Assembly: GCF_001194135.2 (NCBI RefSeq)
Contig: NC_069003.1
Location: 32,289,770 to 32,353,769 of the forward strand
Origin: Octopus bimaculoides
Taxonomy: Eukaryota
Direction of reading: 5' to 3'
DNA length: 64,000 nucleotides
Shown here: positions 25,305 to 38,338 of the stretch, in pieces
Numbering within the stretch: position 1 is the stretch's first letter
Layout of the letters: each line of letters begins with the position of its first letter
Position numbers and translations under genes: made by a program
The notes under the pieces: generated by a model
What the model was told of the DNA's origin: nothing
The model's input: the letters and a program-made list of their open reading frames with translations, nothing else
Database searches by the model: none

Positions 25305-25892
25305 ATGGAAGAGAAGAGTTGTGTGAAGAAGTGCCACTCCCAAATAGTGGAAGGAATCCGGGGTAGAGGGAGACCCAGGAAGACATGGGATGAGGTGGTG
25401 AAGCATGACCTTCGAATGTTGGGCCTCACAGAGGCAATGACAAAAGACCTGAGACTTCTGGAGGTATGCTGCCACTGAGAAGACCCAGCGAATAAAGTGA
25501 GTTCACAGCTGTAACCACACCAGCCCACTCAAAACTACCTTGGATCTTAGGGTGACTGGCCATGCTTGAGGAGACCTGTTCAGTCAAGTACATCAACATC
25601 AACATCAGTATCGAAATCAAATCAAATTAGAATCAGATGGAAATTGTAGTTGTGACCCCCGTGCCGGTGGCATGTAAAAATCACCATCCGAACGTGGCCG
25701 ATGCTGGTGGCACGTAAAAAGCACCCACTACACTCTCAGGGTGGTTACCGTTAGGAAGGGCATCCAGCTTTAGAAACGCTGCCAGATCAGATTGGGGCCT
25801 GGTGCAGCCTCCTGGCTTCCCAGACGCTAGTCGAACCATCCAACCCATGCCAGCATGGAAAATGGACGTTAAATGATGATGATGATGATGAT
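25305..25892 (+). mobile_element. RTE-clade LINE 3' end (ORF2 C-terminus, 3'UTR, (GAT)n tail)
   Basis: MEEKSCVKKCHSQIVEGIRGRGRPRKTWDEVVKHDLRMLGLTEAMTKD followed by ttaggaagggcatccagc...aacccatgccagcatggaaaatggacgttaaa(tga)n. Confidence 0.9.
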
Positions 25893-26378
25893 TGGACTGC
25901 AGTCATGTTGGAGCACAGCCTTGATGGAGTTTTAGTTGAATAAATCAACCCCAGGAATTTCTTTGTTAAAGTGTGGTTCTTAGTCTATCGGTTTCTGTTT
26001 TACTGAACTGCAAAGACACAGAGACACAAACAAACCAATACCGGTTGTCAAGTGGTGCTGGAAACACCAGACACAAAGACACACATACAAGATATGCATG
26101 TATACACACACAGTTTCCATCTACTGAATTCACTTACAAGGCTAAGAGGTGTAGCAGAAGACACTCCTCCAAAGTGCCATGCCAATGGATTGAACCTGAA
26201 ACCTCATAGTTACAAAGTGAGCTTCTTAACCACGCAGCCATACCAGCACCTATTTCATGTTTTCCAAATATCCGTTGTGACATCTCCACAAAGCAATTGT
26301 TTCAATTGTAACACTCTAAGGTCTCTATTCAAATCACTTACCAAACAATAACAACACTGAAACAACAACAACAACAAC

Positions 26379-26415
<37 letters not shown>

Positions 26416-26719
26416 GCAATAATAATGAAGATATTGGTAACAATAATAATAACAACAACAACAATAATAATAATTTTAAAGGAAAACAAAAGTATAGTAA
26501 TTGCAAGTGAAGCATCTTATGCCTGGCTTGTCATTTTATTATTATTATTTTTTTCCCCCCCATCTCCTGTTTATATTGTCGTTTCTTTAATTCTATCTTG
26601 CAGAAGATTGTGTCGCTGATCTGGAATAACATTTAACATGTGTTGTTTAAAATTTGTGATACATAGTTGTTTTGGTATTTATGAAATCAAATTTTATCTT
26701 GTTACCCATTACCTACTTA

Positions 26720-26763
<44 letters not shown>

Positions 26764-27254
26764 AATATATATATATATGCACGTGTATGTGTGTGTACAC
26801 ACATACACATATATATATATATATGGTTATGTGTATTATGTATATCCTTATGTATGTATGTATGTGTGTGTGTAGGCACTGATATGTCTGTGTGGTAAGA
26901 AATCTACTTCTCAATCACATGGTTTAGCCATCTTTTACTGTAGCCCCAGGCCAACCAAAGCCTTGTGAGTGGATTTGGTAGATGACAACTAAAAGAAGTT
27001 TGTTGTGTATATATTATCATCATCAAATGTCCATTGTCCATGCTGGCATGGGTTGGATGGTTTATATACATGTGTGTGTGTTTGTCCCCCAACACTGCAT
27101 GACACCTGGTTTCTTTATGTCCTCGTAACTTAAAGGTTCAACAAAAGAGACCAAGAAAATAAGCACCAGGCTTTTGATATTATTAAATATAACCCTTTCA
27201 CTTTGACAATGTAAAGGTTAAAGGTACACACACCCATATACATATATATTATAC

Positions 27255-27445
27255 AAGAGACGAGACTGCAGTGATCTGAACATGTGATGGGAATCGAAGA
27301 TCGACAGCTGCATAGGTGTGAAATGTGCCAAACGAATAATACCTGTAAAAGACTTATGTTGAGATGGTGATAAACGATATCAAGACAAAAGATATAACAA
27401 AGGATTGTGTCAACTGGCAATAAATGGTGCTGCAGAAGACCTGGG
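27255..27445 (+). mobile_element. Old RTE ORF2 C-terminal relic
   Basis: ETRLQ*SEHVM...KTYVEMVINDIKT...W...VLQKT parallels the 25305 copy. Confidence 0.6.
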
Positions 27446-29630
27446 TTCTCATACAAGCTTAGTACATACATCCCACCCTTGTCTTATTGTTTCATACAGG
27501 CATTACTCCTGCCTATTGCCCTTTTTATATACTCATTTCTAAGCCCTGCTTCCACACACCATATATTCTCCTAGCTGCTGTGCCTATTACAGACCCTCTT
27601 ATCTTCTCATTATCTTTTCTGATCAATATGTCATGACACTCACTACTGAGAGGAAAGTACTTGATTTGTCTATATTGAATATTTTCTTTCTCTATATCTC
27701 TGTCGCCCTTAATCCTATTCTTTCATCCGGAAGCACGATGCTTGAGTTGGATGGAATTGTATTCTGGCAACCTTTATACATTCTCCTGAAGATATATGCC
27801 CTGGCCCCATATCATCATATTATCTCTCTTCCTTTCTTCTCCTTTAAGCATCCATATATAATGTGGGATGGTACTGCATTTTCTCCTACTCGACTCTCCA
27901 TCTTCTCCCTCCCCGTCGTAGTTGTGAGTGTTACTACCATACAAGCATTGTCTTTTGTTTCCAGTCTCTAGTGGAAACATGTTTGACCATGGGGGAAATA
28001 TTATTTTTCTTGGACACAAGTAAAGGCTGGTGATACGAAGGGCAGCTGGCTGTAGAAAATCTGCCATCGAATTTTATTCGACAAGCATGGAAAAATGGAT
28101 ATTGAAATGAGATGACGCATGCACACACACACACACACACATGTTATATAAATAAAAAAAGCAGAGGAACTAAGAGAAAACCAACTGCAATTTTTTGTTT
28201 CTTTTTGCACCCTGTAAAAAAGATATATATNNNNNNNNNNATATATGTTCATTTATAATACTGTAATGTTCATAATCTAACATCCACGGTTTCAATTTAA
28301 TTTTGAAGAATTTATTAAAAACGAACTGCATTAAGTTTTTCACCTGTTGTTTACCTTTCGGCATCAAATTAAACATTTATTTAGGCAGATGTTTCTTAGC
28401 TAATACAACAAATTGCTTAGTTTATTGCAGAAATAATTCAACCAAATTACAAAAGATGCAAAAAGGTTGAAATAGGAACTTTCCTTGCTTCATGTTGTTA
28501 AATTTTGATTGAAATTCAAACTTAAATATATTAAAATATAACCCCCTTGGGGATAGTCTAGATATTACTGTACTATTATGGATTGTTGCTGAGTAACTTA
28601 TCATCATGGACACAACTAAAAACAGTCTAAATTTAAAATAACAATGATATTCAATTGAATTGATTATACTGCGAGTTTTCTATCAGATTTTTAGAGAAAA
28701 TTCATAATGAAATCAAATTGATTTTAAGTTCATGTCAAATAAAATGATTAAGTACTTTTAAATATAAACAAGAATAAAAAAAAAACCTTGTCTTGAATAA
28801 TTGAAAAATACTGAATGAAAGCTGTTTCAGACTTTCAGACATAAGTGGAACTTGCTGTTAAATTCATGATGTATCTTGTCTTGGCTTGTTTTTGTTTTTT
28901 TTCTTTTTCTTTTAAGGAACTTGTAACAAATTTTTTCTCCTGAAAATTGTCATTGTAATAATCTTTAAGGTTTTTATTCCTTTGTTTGTCAATGTAGTGT
29001 TAATTTGTTTAGAATAAAACTTTGAATCTTGTCATTTTTATTATGGATAACAACGAAACAATTTTCTATAGATAATAGAAAGAGGGAGGGAAAGAGAGAG
29101 AGAATGGAAAGTGAAGAAATGTGTGGTTATGCCAATTGCCTTGAAAATGGTTTAAATGGCATTGTGTTTATGCATTGTTTACTAGCTTATTGCAGTGAAT
29201 ATAAAGTGATTTTTATGAATGATTTGCTGATTGGACTTATTAATAGAAAAGAAACTTTACTGTCAAAATCTGGATATCTTCTACAAAGATGTTATACTCG
29301 CTAATAACAACAGCCAAATTGTCCTCAAAGCACACCTACCATCTTGAAATAGAGTACGTATTAAGTAATGTAGTCCTTAGAAACACATTAAGAAAGAAAT
29401 AGTTATTCTTTTATTATGATCAGTCATTAGACTGTTACCTTCCTGTGGCAACATTTTGAAATGTTCCAGTCAGTTATATTGGCCTCAGTTCTTTCATTGG
29501 ATCTTTCTTTGATCCTGTAAGTTACAAAATGCAATTTGAATATGAACATAAGGGGAGATAATTCAGGACCATAGTAGTATTGCAGGATATTTCTGATTTA
29601 ATGTACCAGTTCTAACCCCCACACTCATAT

Positions 29631-29713
<83 letters not shown>

Positions 29714-31698
29714 ATGCAGAGCCTTAACATGGCTGTAATCCAGTGACTGACACTGTAAAAGAATAAAATAAAGTATTCTTTGAGAATAAAAATGGTTAAA
29801 ATAAAAAGTGGGGAAAAAAACATCTTTTATCTTTTACTTGTTTCAATTATTGGACTCTGGCCATACTACGGCATCACCTCAAAGGGTTTTAGTCAAATGA
29901 ATTGACCCCAGTTCTTATTTTTTAAAACCTGGTATTTATTGGTTCTTTTGCTAAGTCACTAAATTAAGAGAACATAAACAAACCAACACTTGTTGTCAAG
30001 CAGTAGTGGGACACCTATGCACACACTCACACACACAGACACACACACACACATATGACATGCTTCATTCAGTTCCCATCTACCAAATCTGCTCACAAGG
30101 CTTTGGTTGGCCTGGGGCTATGGTAGAAGACACTTGCCCAAGGTGCTACACAATTATACTTTGAATTTCCTTCTTCTGTAGTCCATAGTTGTCATATTTT
30201 ATGGTTTATGGGACATGTATTGTCTGTCACAAGTCTATTTTTTTAAATGAAGATTTAAGAAAACTTTTCTTTCTTCATGAATAAATCAATATTGTATTAC
30301 AAGGAAATAGAGTGAAGATTTTTTTAAAGTGCCTCATTATAGATGTAAATTTCTCATTCAATGTTTTACAAATCCCAAATTAAAAAATGCAATGCATTTT
30401 TGTAATACTTTTTTTTTTCCACTCAGATAATTTATTTCTTAGCACTTAGAGAACAAAAATCTTGTTAACTGGTTGTTTCTTGAGCTGAAGTAATCATCTT
30501 TATCCTAGCACTGTAAAATTTGCTAAGAAGATGATGGTTAACTTTAAATACAGAATTGCTATTACAATAAAAAGATAATTTATATTCTATCCATGTTTTC
30601 TGCACGGACTACTGAGAAATCTCTTTTAATTTCATAATATATTCATTTCAGTTATTCTTATGAATCACTGATCATTTTTATTAAGGATAGATGGAGCTCA
30701 GTGTGTTGGGAATTGATTGTGACACTAAGATGTAAAAATGTTTGTATTTCCCAAGATATGAGTTATAAAATTAACATAGAAAAAGAAAGAAAGAGGAAAA
30801 ATTGTTGGGATTTTAAAATAGTGCTGAATATGTTAAATTATAAATTCTAGATGTGTATTTTAATTTAGAGAAACCACATTTTGAAATAGATAAATAATTT
30901 TTTTTTTTTTAATAAGTATGTTCTTTTTATTTTAATGATATTCTGAAATAATTTCTTAATCGGGTAAAATATAAAGTAAGATGATGATTATGATCATTTT
31001 TACCTTTGGTTTTTCCATGTTGGCATGGGTTGGAAGGTTTCTTGAGGTTGTATTCTATGGCTGGATGCCCTACCTGTTGCCGACCTTTGCTTTTCGTTTT
31101 TAGGTACTTTTTCTTCCACTGGATTTTGCATGTCAAACTAATGAACTACGGGACATATTGTTTAGGCAGGGAATGATAGTAAACAAACATCACTGTTATC
31201 CAAGCAGTGTTAATGCAAAGACATGGTCACACTCCTTCACACACACATATTTTATTCACAAGGCCTTGATCAACTACAGGTTACAGAAGACCCTTGCCTG
31301 AAGGTGCTGCACAATAGCATTGAACCCAAAACTATGTAATTATTGCAAAAACAAATTTTCTAACCACACACCTTTACTTTTGCTTCTGAGATAGTAATAC
31401 ATTTTCTTCATAATATATTAAACTTTTCAGATATTAAGCATGCTGATTATTTTCTGACATGTTCTAATTGTTGCTTAGTGAACCTTGATTGCAGATGTCT
31501 CTAAAATGCCTCTGGGGTTGTCATGGTGTACGACAAAATTTGTACTATTCTCGCAAATTCATACTAATCTTTTCTTCCATGTTGTGAGGAGAAGAATAGT
31601 ATGAACTTTGGTATACACCATTTAAACACTATTACAAATATAATTACACACAATAATTAACAGTCAACACAATCTATTATATATTATAAACTTACAGT

Positions 31699-32108
31699 TA
31701 CTCTTTTACTCTTTTACTTGTTTCAGTCATTTGACTGCGGCCATGCTGGAGCACCGCCTTTAGTCGAGCAAATCGACCCGAGGACTTATTCTTTGTAAGC
31801 CTAGTACTTATTCTATCGGTCTCTTTAGCCGAACTGCTAAGTTACAGGGGACGTAAACATACCAGCATCAGTTGTCAAGCGATGTTGGGGGGACACAGAC
31901 ACAAACATATACACACACATACATATATATATATATACATATATACGACAGGTTTCTTTCAGTTTCCGTCTACCAAATCCACTCACAAGGCTTTGGTCGG
32001 CCCGAGGCTATAGTAGAAGACACTTGCCCAAGGTGCCACGCAGTGGGAATGAACCCGGAACCATGTGGTTGGTAAGCAAGCTACTTACCACACAGCCACT
32101 CCTGCGCC
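31699..32108 (-). mobile_element. Full-length young family G SINE (tRNA head, CORE-like block, central (TA)n, (AGTAAAAG)n tail)
   Basis: Minus strand ggcgcaggagtggctgtgtggtaag (A box) ...ccgggttcattccc (B box) ...ccttgggcaagtgtctt (CORE-like); CpGs largely intact. Resembles described octopus OR-type SINEs (assignment from memory, needs Dfam/Repbase). Confidence 0.93.
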
Positions 32109-32624
32109 TAGTTGTATAAGTTTATAATACATAAAATCTATTTAATACATATGACTATGCTTGAAATAATATAGTTACATATAATAATTAAAACCTCTTA
32201 TTTTTCTGATATTTACTCACAATTTTATATATTTAATAGCCAAAGAATCATTTATCCTATATATCCAGAGATACATCTAATTCAGTTATAGGACAGATAT
32301 CAACATTCAATTTATTCATTTCAATCATCATCATCGTTGTTTAACGCTCACCCTCCATGCTAGCCTGGGTTGTTCAATACATGTATAAATCTTATGGACT
32401 AAGTATTTAATATTAACCATTAGAACAATATATACAATATGTACTAATTACATATAAATAGTATAATTACAATTATACTATTTATAATTGTTATCAATTA
32501 AGACGTGTAGAAATTCCATGAATTTCAATAGATATTATAATTGCAACAATTATCTTATGATATTTAGAAATATATTTGCATGACTGCATTTTTAGTTACA
32601 CTTTGAATCACATTTAGCCTTCAT

Positions 32625-32662
<38 letters not shown>

Positions 32663-33063
32663 GCGCGCACACACAAACTTAGCATGTTTTATATTTGCAT
32701 AATAATCACATCTTTATTGTATATGCTAACATACATTTCAAAAACACTTCATACAAAGGGGAAAAGAGAGAGAATGAGATAGCTAAAGATATTGTGATGT
32801 TCCATACTTTACTACTTCTTCAAATTCTTCCTTCCTTCCAGTTTCATGTTTAAATCTCTGTATTACTTCTGGCTTTCTGTTTTCTGCTCTTTCTTTTGCA
32901 TGTTTACTTTAACTCCTGCTTTTATTTAGCCTCTTGTTTCTTAGAATCCTCTTTCTCACTTTTTCTCTTATGTTTCCTTCCTTATCTCTTCATCAATTCC
33001 ACTATTTCTGCTAATCACTTTTTTTGTTTCTGTGGTCCTATGGACATTTTCTAAAAAATTAAC

Positions 33064-33426
33064 AAGTATGGCTGTGTGGTTAAGAAGCTTGCTTCTCAAC
33101 CACATGGCCTTCGGTTCAGTCCTGCTGTGTGGCACTGTAAACAGGTGTCTTCTACTATAGCCCCAGGCTGACCAAAGCCTTGTGCATGGATCTGGCAAAT
33201 GGAAACTGAAGAAAGTTCATTGTGAGTGTGTTTATGTTTCCTCTACCACTGCTTGACAACCAGTGTTGGTTTGTTTGCATCTCTGTAACTAAGTGACTTA
33301 GCAAAAGAGATTGGTAGAATATGTAGCAAGCTTTGAAAAATAAATAAATAATAGGGTCTATTTGTTCAACTAAATTCCTTCAAGGCATGGCCGCAGTCCA
33401 ATGATCGAAACAAGTAAAAGATAAAA
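33064..33426 (+). mobile_element. Older family G SINE, plus orientation
   Basis: tggctgtgtggttaagaagcttgcttctcaaccacatgg...gcatggccgcagtccaatgatcgaaacaagtaaaagataaaa; CpG sites mostly decayed. Confidence 0.85.
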
Positions 33427-33503
33427 CATGCTTGTGGCCATTGAGCAGTTGATGACTTTCAGATAGTTTCTCATGTCAGGATTTGTTTAATTTTTGCTTA
33501 CAG

Positions 33504-33565
33504 AAAGCATTGTCAATGATAAAATCAGAAGATATGGGCTGGGGCAGGGGAGTCTTTTAATATAC
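33504..33565 (+). other. Candidate 62-nt exon (unverified)
   Basis: ttaatttttgcttacag acceptor, TAC|gtaaga donor, single open frame SIVNDKIRRYGLGQGSLLIY; may overlap a decayed hAT end (ttgctgacccttg at about 33639-33651). Confidence 0.2.
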
Positions 33566-33784
33566 GTAAGATATACATGTAGACAATGACAAATCTTAAA
33601 ATAGATGAAAACAAAGTGAGCCCTTAAAAAAAGAAAATTGCTGACCCTTGATATAAAGCATTGTTCAACAATGTTTAACATCTCCTTGATACTGGCATCA
33701 TCTAGATTAATTAAAGTTGTAACACTTGCCTCTCTTAAGTGTTTTAGTGCTCAGTTTAATATGATATGTTGGTAGTTTGTTTTA

Positions 33785-34203
33785 GTTGTTGTTGTTGTTG
33801 TTGTTGTTCAGCCCTAAGTCAATCCTGGAGCTAAGCATGATTATCCATTTTTAGATTCAGACATGGTGTGTCTAAAACTACATTATTAAAACCATCTCTC
33901 ACTTTTCACTCTTTATCGTTCAGATTATACTGTCAAGTGTTAATGCTTATTTATTTACATTGTTTAGAATATATCATAATATATCATGTATTATCTTGAA
34001 ACATTGAGATTTTGATGGTGTGGCTGTTTATTTTTAAAATGACATTGCAGGGTAAGTGTAAGAGCCTATAACACAAGTAGAATATTTTGGCTGGAAATGG
34101 CTGGCTTAAATGCTAACGGGGTTAAAGATGGTAAGGTGTAATTTGAGAGAGATTTTGCTGCTATTTCTAGGAGATTTAGAAACTACATAGAGGTTTCTCA
34201 TTG
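33785..34203 (-). mobile_element. Family E retroposon 3' end ((AAC)n tail) carrying a nested family B MITE at 33905-34125
   Basis: (GTT)n-cagccctaagtca...ctacattatt interrupted by ctctttatcgttcag...gctaacggg-gttaa, resuming agatggtaaggtgtaatttgagagagattttgctgctatttctag. Confidence 0.8.
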
Positions 34204-35354
34204 CAGACTTTTGTCTCGAGGATATATTCTTTCATTCTTTAAGATATATTCTGAACATGTTTGATATACAAACATTAAAGTAATATTGATATAAGAATTA
34301 AGAGACAACTTGTAGATAATAGAGGCTTTTAGACAGAAATATCTGGGTGTTGTTGTTGTTGTTGGTATTGCTTTTGTTAGATAGAAATATCTTGTTGCTG
34401 CTGCTGATGATAATGTTTTAACTGGTACTGTTGGAGTTGCTTAGAGGCTCCATTGCTTGCTTAGCAGAAATATATATCAGGGGTATGATAATATATTACT
34501 GTTGCTTCAATCAGGTTTATTGTTTGTTGTATGTTGTATGTTGTATGTTGTATGTTGTATGTTGTATGTTGTTGTATGTTGAGAAGTTAGCTGGAACAAG
34601 AATAATATTGTTGAAGGCCTACTTAAAGGATATTCTATGAGTATTTGCTTTGCTGTTGATAAGTCCCAGTTTTAGGTTTCATGGAGCAGACCTGTTATCA
34701 AAGTCATTCTACTTGTGGCTATCTTGTCCTTTTGTTTGGAGTTCAGCTATTGCTGGAGTCGGCTTTGATTTTTTTCATCATTTCAAGCTCGATGGAGTGG
34801 TGTTCCAGTCAAGTACTGGGATTGAATTAATCGACTTGCCTCTCTTCTCCAAATTGCTAGCCTTATGCCCAAATTAGAAAGAATAAAGCAGGTATCTTTT
34901 TGAAACCATTTCAGCTGTGATTATTTTTCTCCTTTTTTGTTCTGAGTTCAGGTGCTACCAGAGTCAGCTTTGCTTTGGAATAGAATACTGGGGTTGGATT
35001 AATTGTCTTGCCCTTCCCTGCTGGCTTTATGCCAAAATTAGAATTAAGCAGACCTATAATAAAGTCATTCTCTCTATGACTACCTTGTCTTTTTTTGTAT
35101 AATTTTGACTATTCTGTTCTCTTTGCCCCTACTCCTTTTTCTCTTTCTAGACAGCAGGGCATGATTTGTGGTAGATCATGCTGTTATTTTTAACATGTTA
35201 AGCACTCACATAAAGGATCTTTTGTTAGCTCATTCAAAAAAAGGATTGACTGTAACAACTGTGAAGTCATTTAGGTGTTGGACATTGAGTGAATGTTCTC
35301 TCCTGTTGGAATCTCATTTATGCAGAGCATTGACTTAGAAATACATGTCAAGCC

Positions 35355-35560
35355 ATTTTCTGCAGAAGACTATGATGGGGCTGCCATCAAATATGTATAT
35401 GAAACAATGGCAGTTGGGTGGAAAAGTATGAAAACTATCCAAGCAGAAGAAGCCTGTGGAAGAAGAAGAAGACTGAAATAGACATGGGAAGTAGTTGCAA
35501 GCTCAGGAAGCTGAGTGTTGCAAAGGAGATGATGTCCATGAAATTGGGTGATTTAACATT
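35355..35560 (+). mobile_element. Old RTE ORF2 C-terminal relic
   Basis: CGRRRRLK*TWEVV matches the GRGRPRKTWDEVV motif. Confidence 0.5.
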
Positions 35561-35857
35561 AAATTATGGGAATAGCTTCGTCAATTAAGGTCAACTGTTC
35601 ATGAGTGATACTTTATTTTATTGTCCCCAGAGAGAGGAAAGGTGAAATTAGCCTCAACAGGATTTGCACTCAGAATTTAGAGGTCCTAACTAGATTATAA
35701 TATTAAGTGCCAACTTAGGCATGAGTCCTTGAATTTTGGAATAGGATATAGGTGATTAAAATTGCCTTCTCTAAATTTATAATTGCTACTTTTTTTTTTA
35801 TCTATGTCAAAAGAATAAAAGGCAGAATAAAGGGTAGAATTTAAAATGAGAAAAGGT

Positions 35858-36236
35858 GCAGGCATGCATCCAAACCATATGGATGCAGGTTCAGTTCCCA
35901 TGCCTGGCACTTTGGACAAGTATCTTTCACTATAGCCCTGGGTTGATCAAAGCCTTGTGAGTGTATTTGGTAGGTGGAAACTGAAAAGAGCCCATTGTGT
36001 GTGTGTGTATGTATGTTTCTGTTTCCTTGTCTTGACATTGCTTAATGTTGTAAACATTTACCATATTCTGCATAAACATGTCTGACTATGCAGAAATATT
36101 ACTTCGTTTGGAAACAGACAAGGGTTGGCAACAGGAAGATCATCCAGTCATCGAAAACCTACCTCAATAAATTCCATCCAGCCTATGCAAGCATGAAAAA
36201 GGGGACATTAAAATGATGGCGATGATGATGATGATG
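35858..36236 (+). mobile_element. Family G head with RTE-like tail-2 ending (GAT)n
   Basis: Head shared with 31699 copy; 3' part ggcaacaggaagatcatccagtc...gcaagcatgaaaaagggacattaaaatgatg. Confidence 0.85.
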
Positions 36237-36347
36237 AATACAAAGAGGTAAAACTAAATACAATACCTTAGCAGTTATGTTATATAATATCACTAAACTG
36301 AGGAAAGTGTCTTTATTGTCCAGTTTATCTGTCAGTGATAATCAGTA

Positions 36348-36415
<68 letters not shown>

Positions 36416-36523
36416 NNNNNNNNNNNNNNNNNNNNNNNNNNNNNNNNNNNNNNNNNNNNNNNNNNNNNNNNNNNNNNNNNNNNNNNNNNNNNNNNNTGTG
36501 TATGTGTGTGTGTGCGTGTATGT

Positions 36524-36558
<35 letters not shown>

Positions 36559-36956
36559 TAAAATGGAAATGTAACAGTAATAAAATGAATAAATGTAATA
36601 CAAATCTAATATAAATGTAAATGCTGCGAGGGAAAGGATGATCATCAACTCATTCTTCTTTATATTTTCCAGCACAGCCATTGCATTTACATTACGTTTA
36701 TTTATTTATTTTTAATACCATCACATATCTTTTGGATTACTTGTGGTCAGTGCAGACCTGCAGCGGATCCCTCTGATTCTTACGTTTCGCTTAAATTTCC
36801 TTTTGTTTTCTTTCACTCTTTAACTGTGGAACTGTGGGCAGAGTAAGGCACTATTTTCAATGATTTATAGTCAATCATATATAGACAACCCCCAGTACTT
36901 ATTTCCCTTCATTACATCATCAATCTGGGAATGCTTTCCTCTCTCCTCTCCATATT

Positions 36957-37220
36957 CATCCATCCATCCATCCATCCATTTTCTCTGCCAACTTTTCTAA
37001 GGAAGGTCATGAGAGTAGAGTCCTCAGCCAGTTCCTCCATAGGGTCCTATCAGAAGCAACTGTCATTATCTTTTCCTACTGGATTCCCAAGTATGACCAA
37101 CTGTAACTGAAGATATTATCCAACCATCTTCTTTGGTCAACCCACTAAGTCTTCTGCTTGTCGGATTGGCTTGAAGGATCTGTCTTGTGATTCCTTTCTG
37201 TGACATTCTAATCACATATT
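36957..37220 (-). mobile_element. RTE-clade (Rex3/Expander-like) LINE 3' end with (GGAT)n tail
   Basis: Minus strand VIRMSQKGITRQILQANPTSRR...RWLDNIFSYSWSYLGI; (CATC)n at 36957-36978; second copy at 41469. Confidence 0.75.
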
Positions 37221-37244
37221 AAAAGATTAAGTTCTGCAAGAGTG

Positions 37245-37533
37245 AAGGCACATGACTTAGTGGTTAGGGTTTTCAGTTCTCAGTGAGTTCAATTCCTGGC
37301 AGTGCATTGCATCTTTGAGCAAAACACTTTATTTCATATTGCTCCTGTCCATTCATCTGGAAAAAATGAGTAGTACCGGTAATTCCGAGGGCCACCCATG
37401 TCAATTCTATGTCATGCTGAATCTCCCTGAGAACTACGTTATGGGTACACGTGTCTGTCACTTGGATGGTAATTTCACAAGCAGACTGTTCCATTGATCA
37501 GATCAACCCATCGTCATAACCGATGGAGTGCCA
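37245..37533 (+). mobile_element. tRNA-derived SINE family H
   Basis: ggcacatgacttagtggttaggg...gagttcaattcctgg...tttgagcaaaacactttatttcatattgctcc...cgatggagtgcc; second copy 51698-51997. Confidence 0.85.
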
Positions 37534-38260
37534 GTCAAATTCTACAAGAAATAACACTATTACATTTGATTCTTGAACCAATGAGGCAACCTGTGTGGTC
37601 ACTTGTCTTGTTACAAATAGCAGCCAAATGGTCCCTCAAGCTGCATTCTGTCATCTTCTAAAGAAAGATACAGTAGATAATGTACTCCTAAGTACATGAT
37701 TCATGAAAAGAAAACAGTTGCCTTTTAATCATATGTCTACTTGGTCAAGATTGTCTTAGAGCTAAACAACAACAGTCTTCACCTGTTTAATTGTTAGAAG
37801 TGCATAACTTCTGTAAGACCATCCAACATGGTAGCATGAATGTGCATATACATGTACACACACACACATATGCATACACTGTAAACATAAAAAAATATGA
37901 TGCTGAAGAACTTCATAGTAAGTTTTGTGTTCTGTGTAATATCGTAGCAGGTTGATACTTCACAAAATATTCCGTCATCATTCATGTAATCTTCAAATAA
38001 ACTATTTCAGATATGTTAGGTATGTTCATACAACATAGCAGCTTCTGTCTTGTGTAAGCCCTGTAGGTATCAATAGATTTTATAGGGAATCAAAGAAGAA
38101 TTTATGGAAGCAGTAGTATTTTTCCATTGCCAGGTGTGTTGTATTTTTCCTTTCTTTCTTCTTGTTAACCCAGAAGGTAAAAATATTTTTTCCCCCGTTG
38201 AAAATTTGATAAATTTGTCTTTCTCTTTCTTCTTTATTTTTCTAATAATTTTTCTCTATA

Positions 38261-38338
<78 letters not shown>

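Noticed and set aside
29029-29304. 91-aa ORF in unique DNA
   Set aside because: No recognisable domain, starts at TTG, includes a GA microsatellite, no supporting splice signals.
31699-32108. A-box/B-box sequences as tRNA genes
   Set aside because: They are SINE heads without a complete cloverleaf; no tRNA, rRNA or snRNA gene was recognised in the window.
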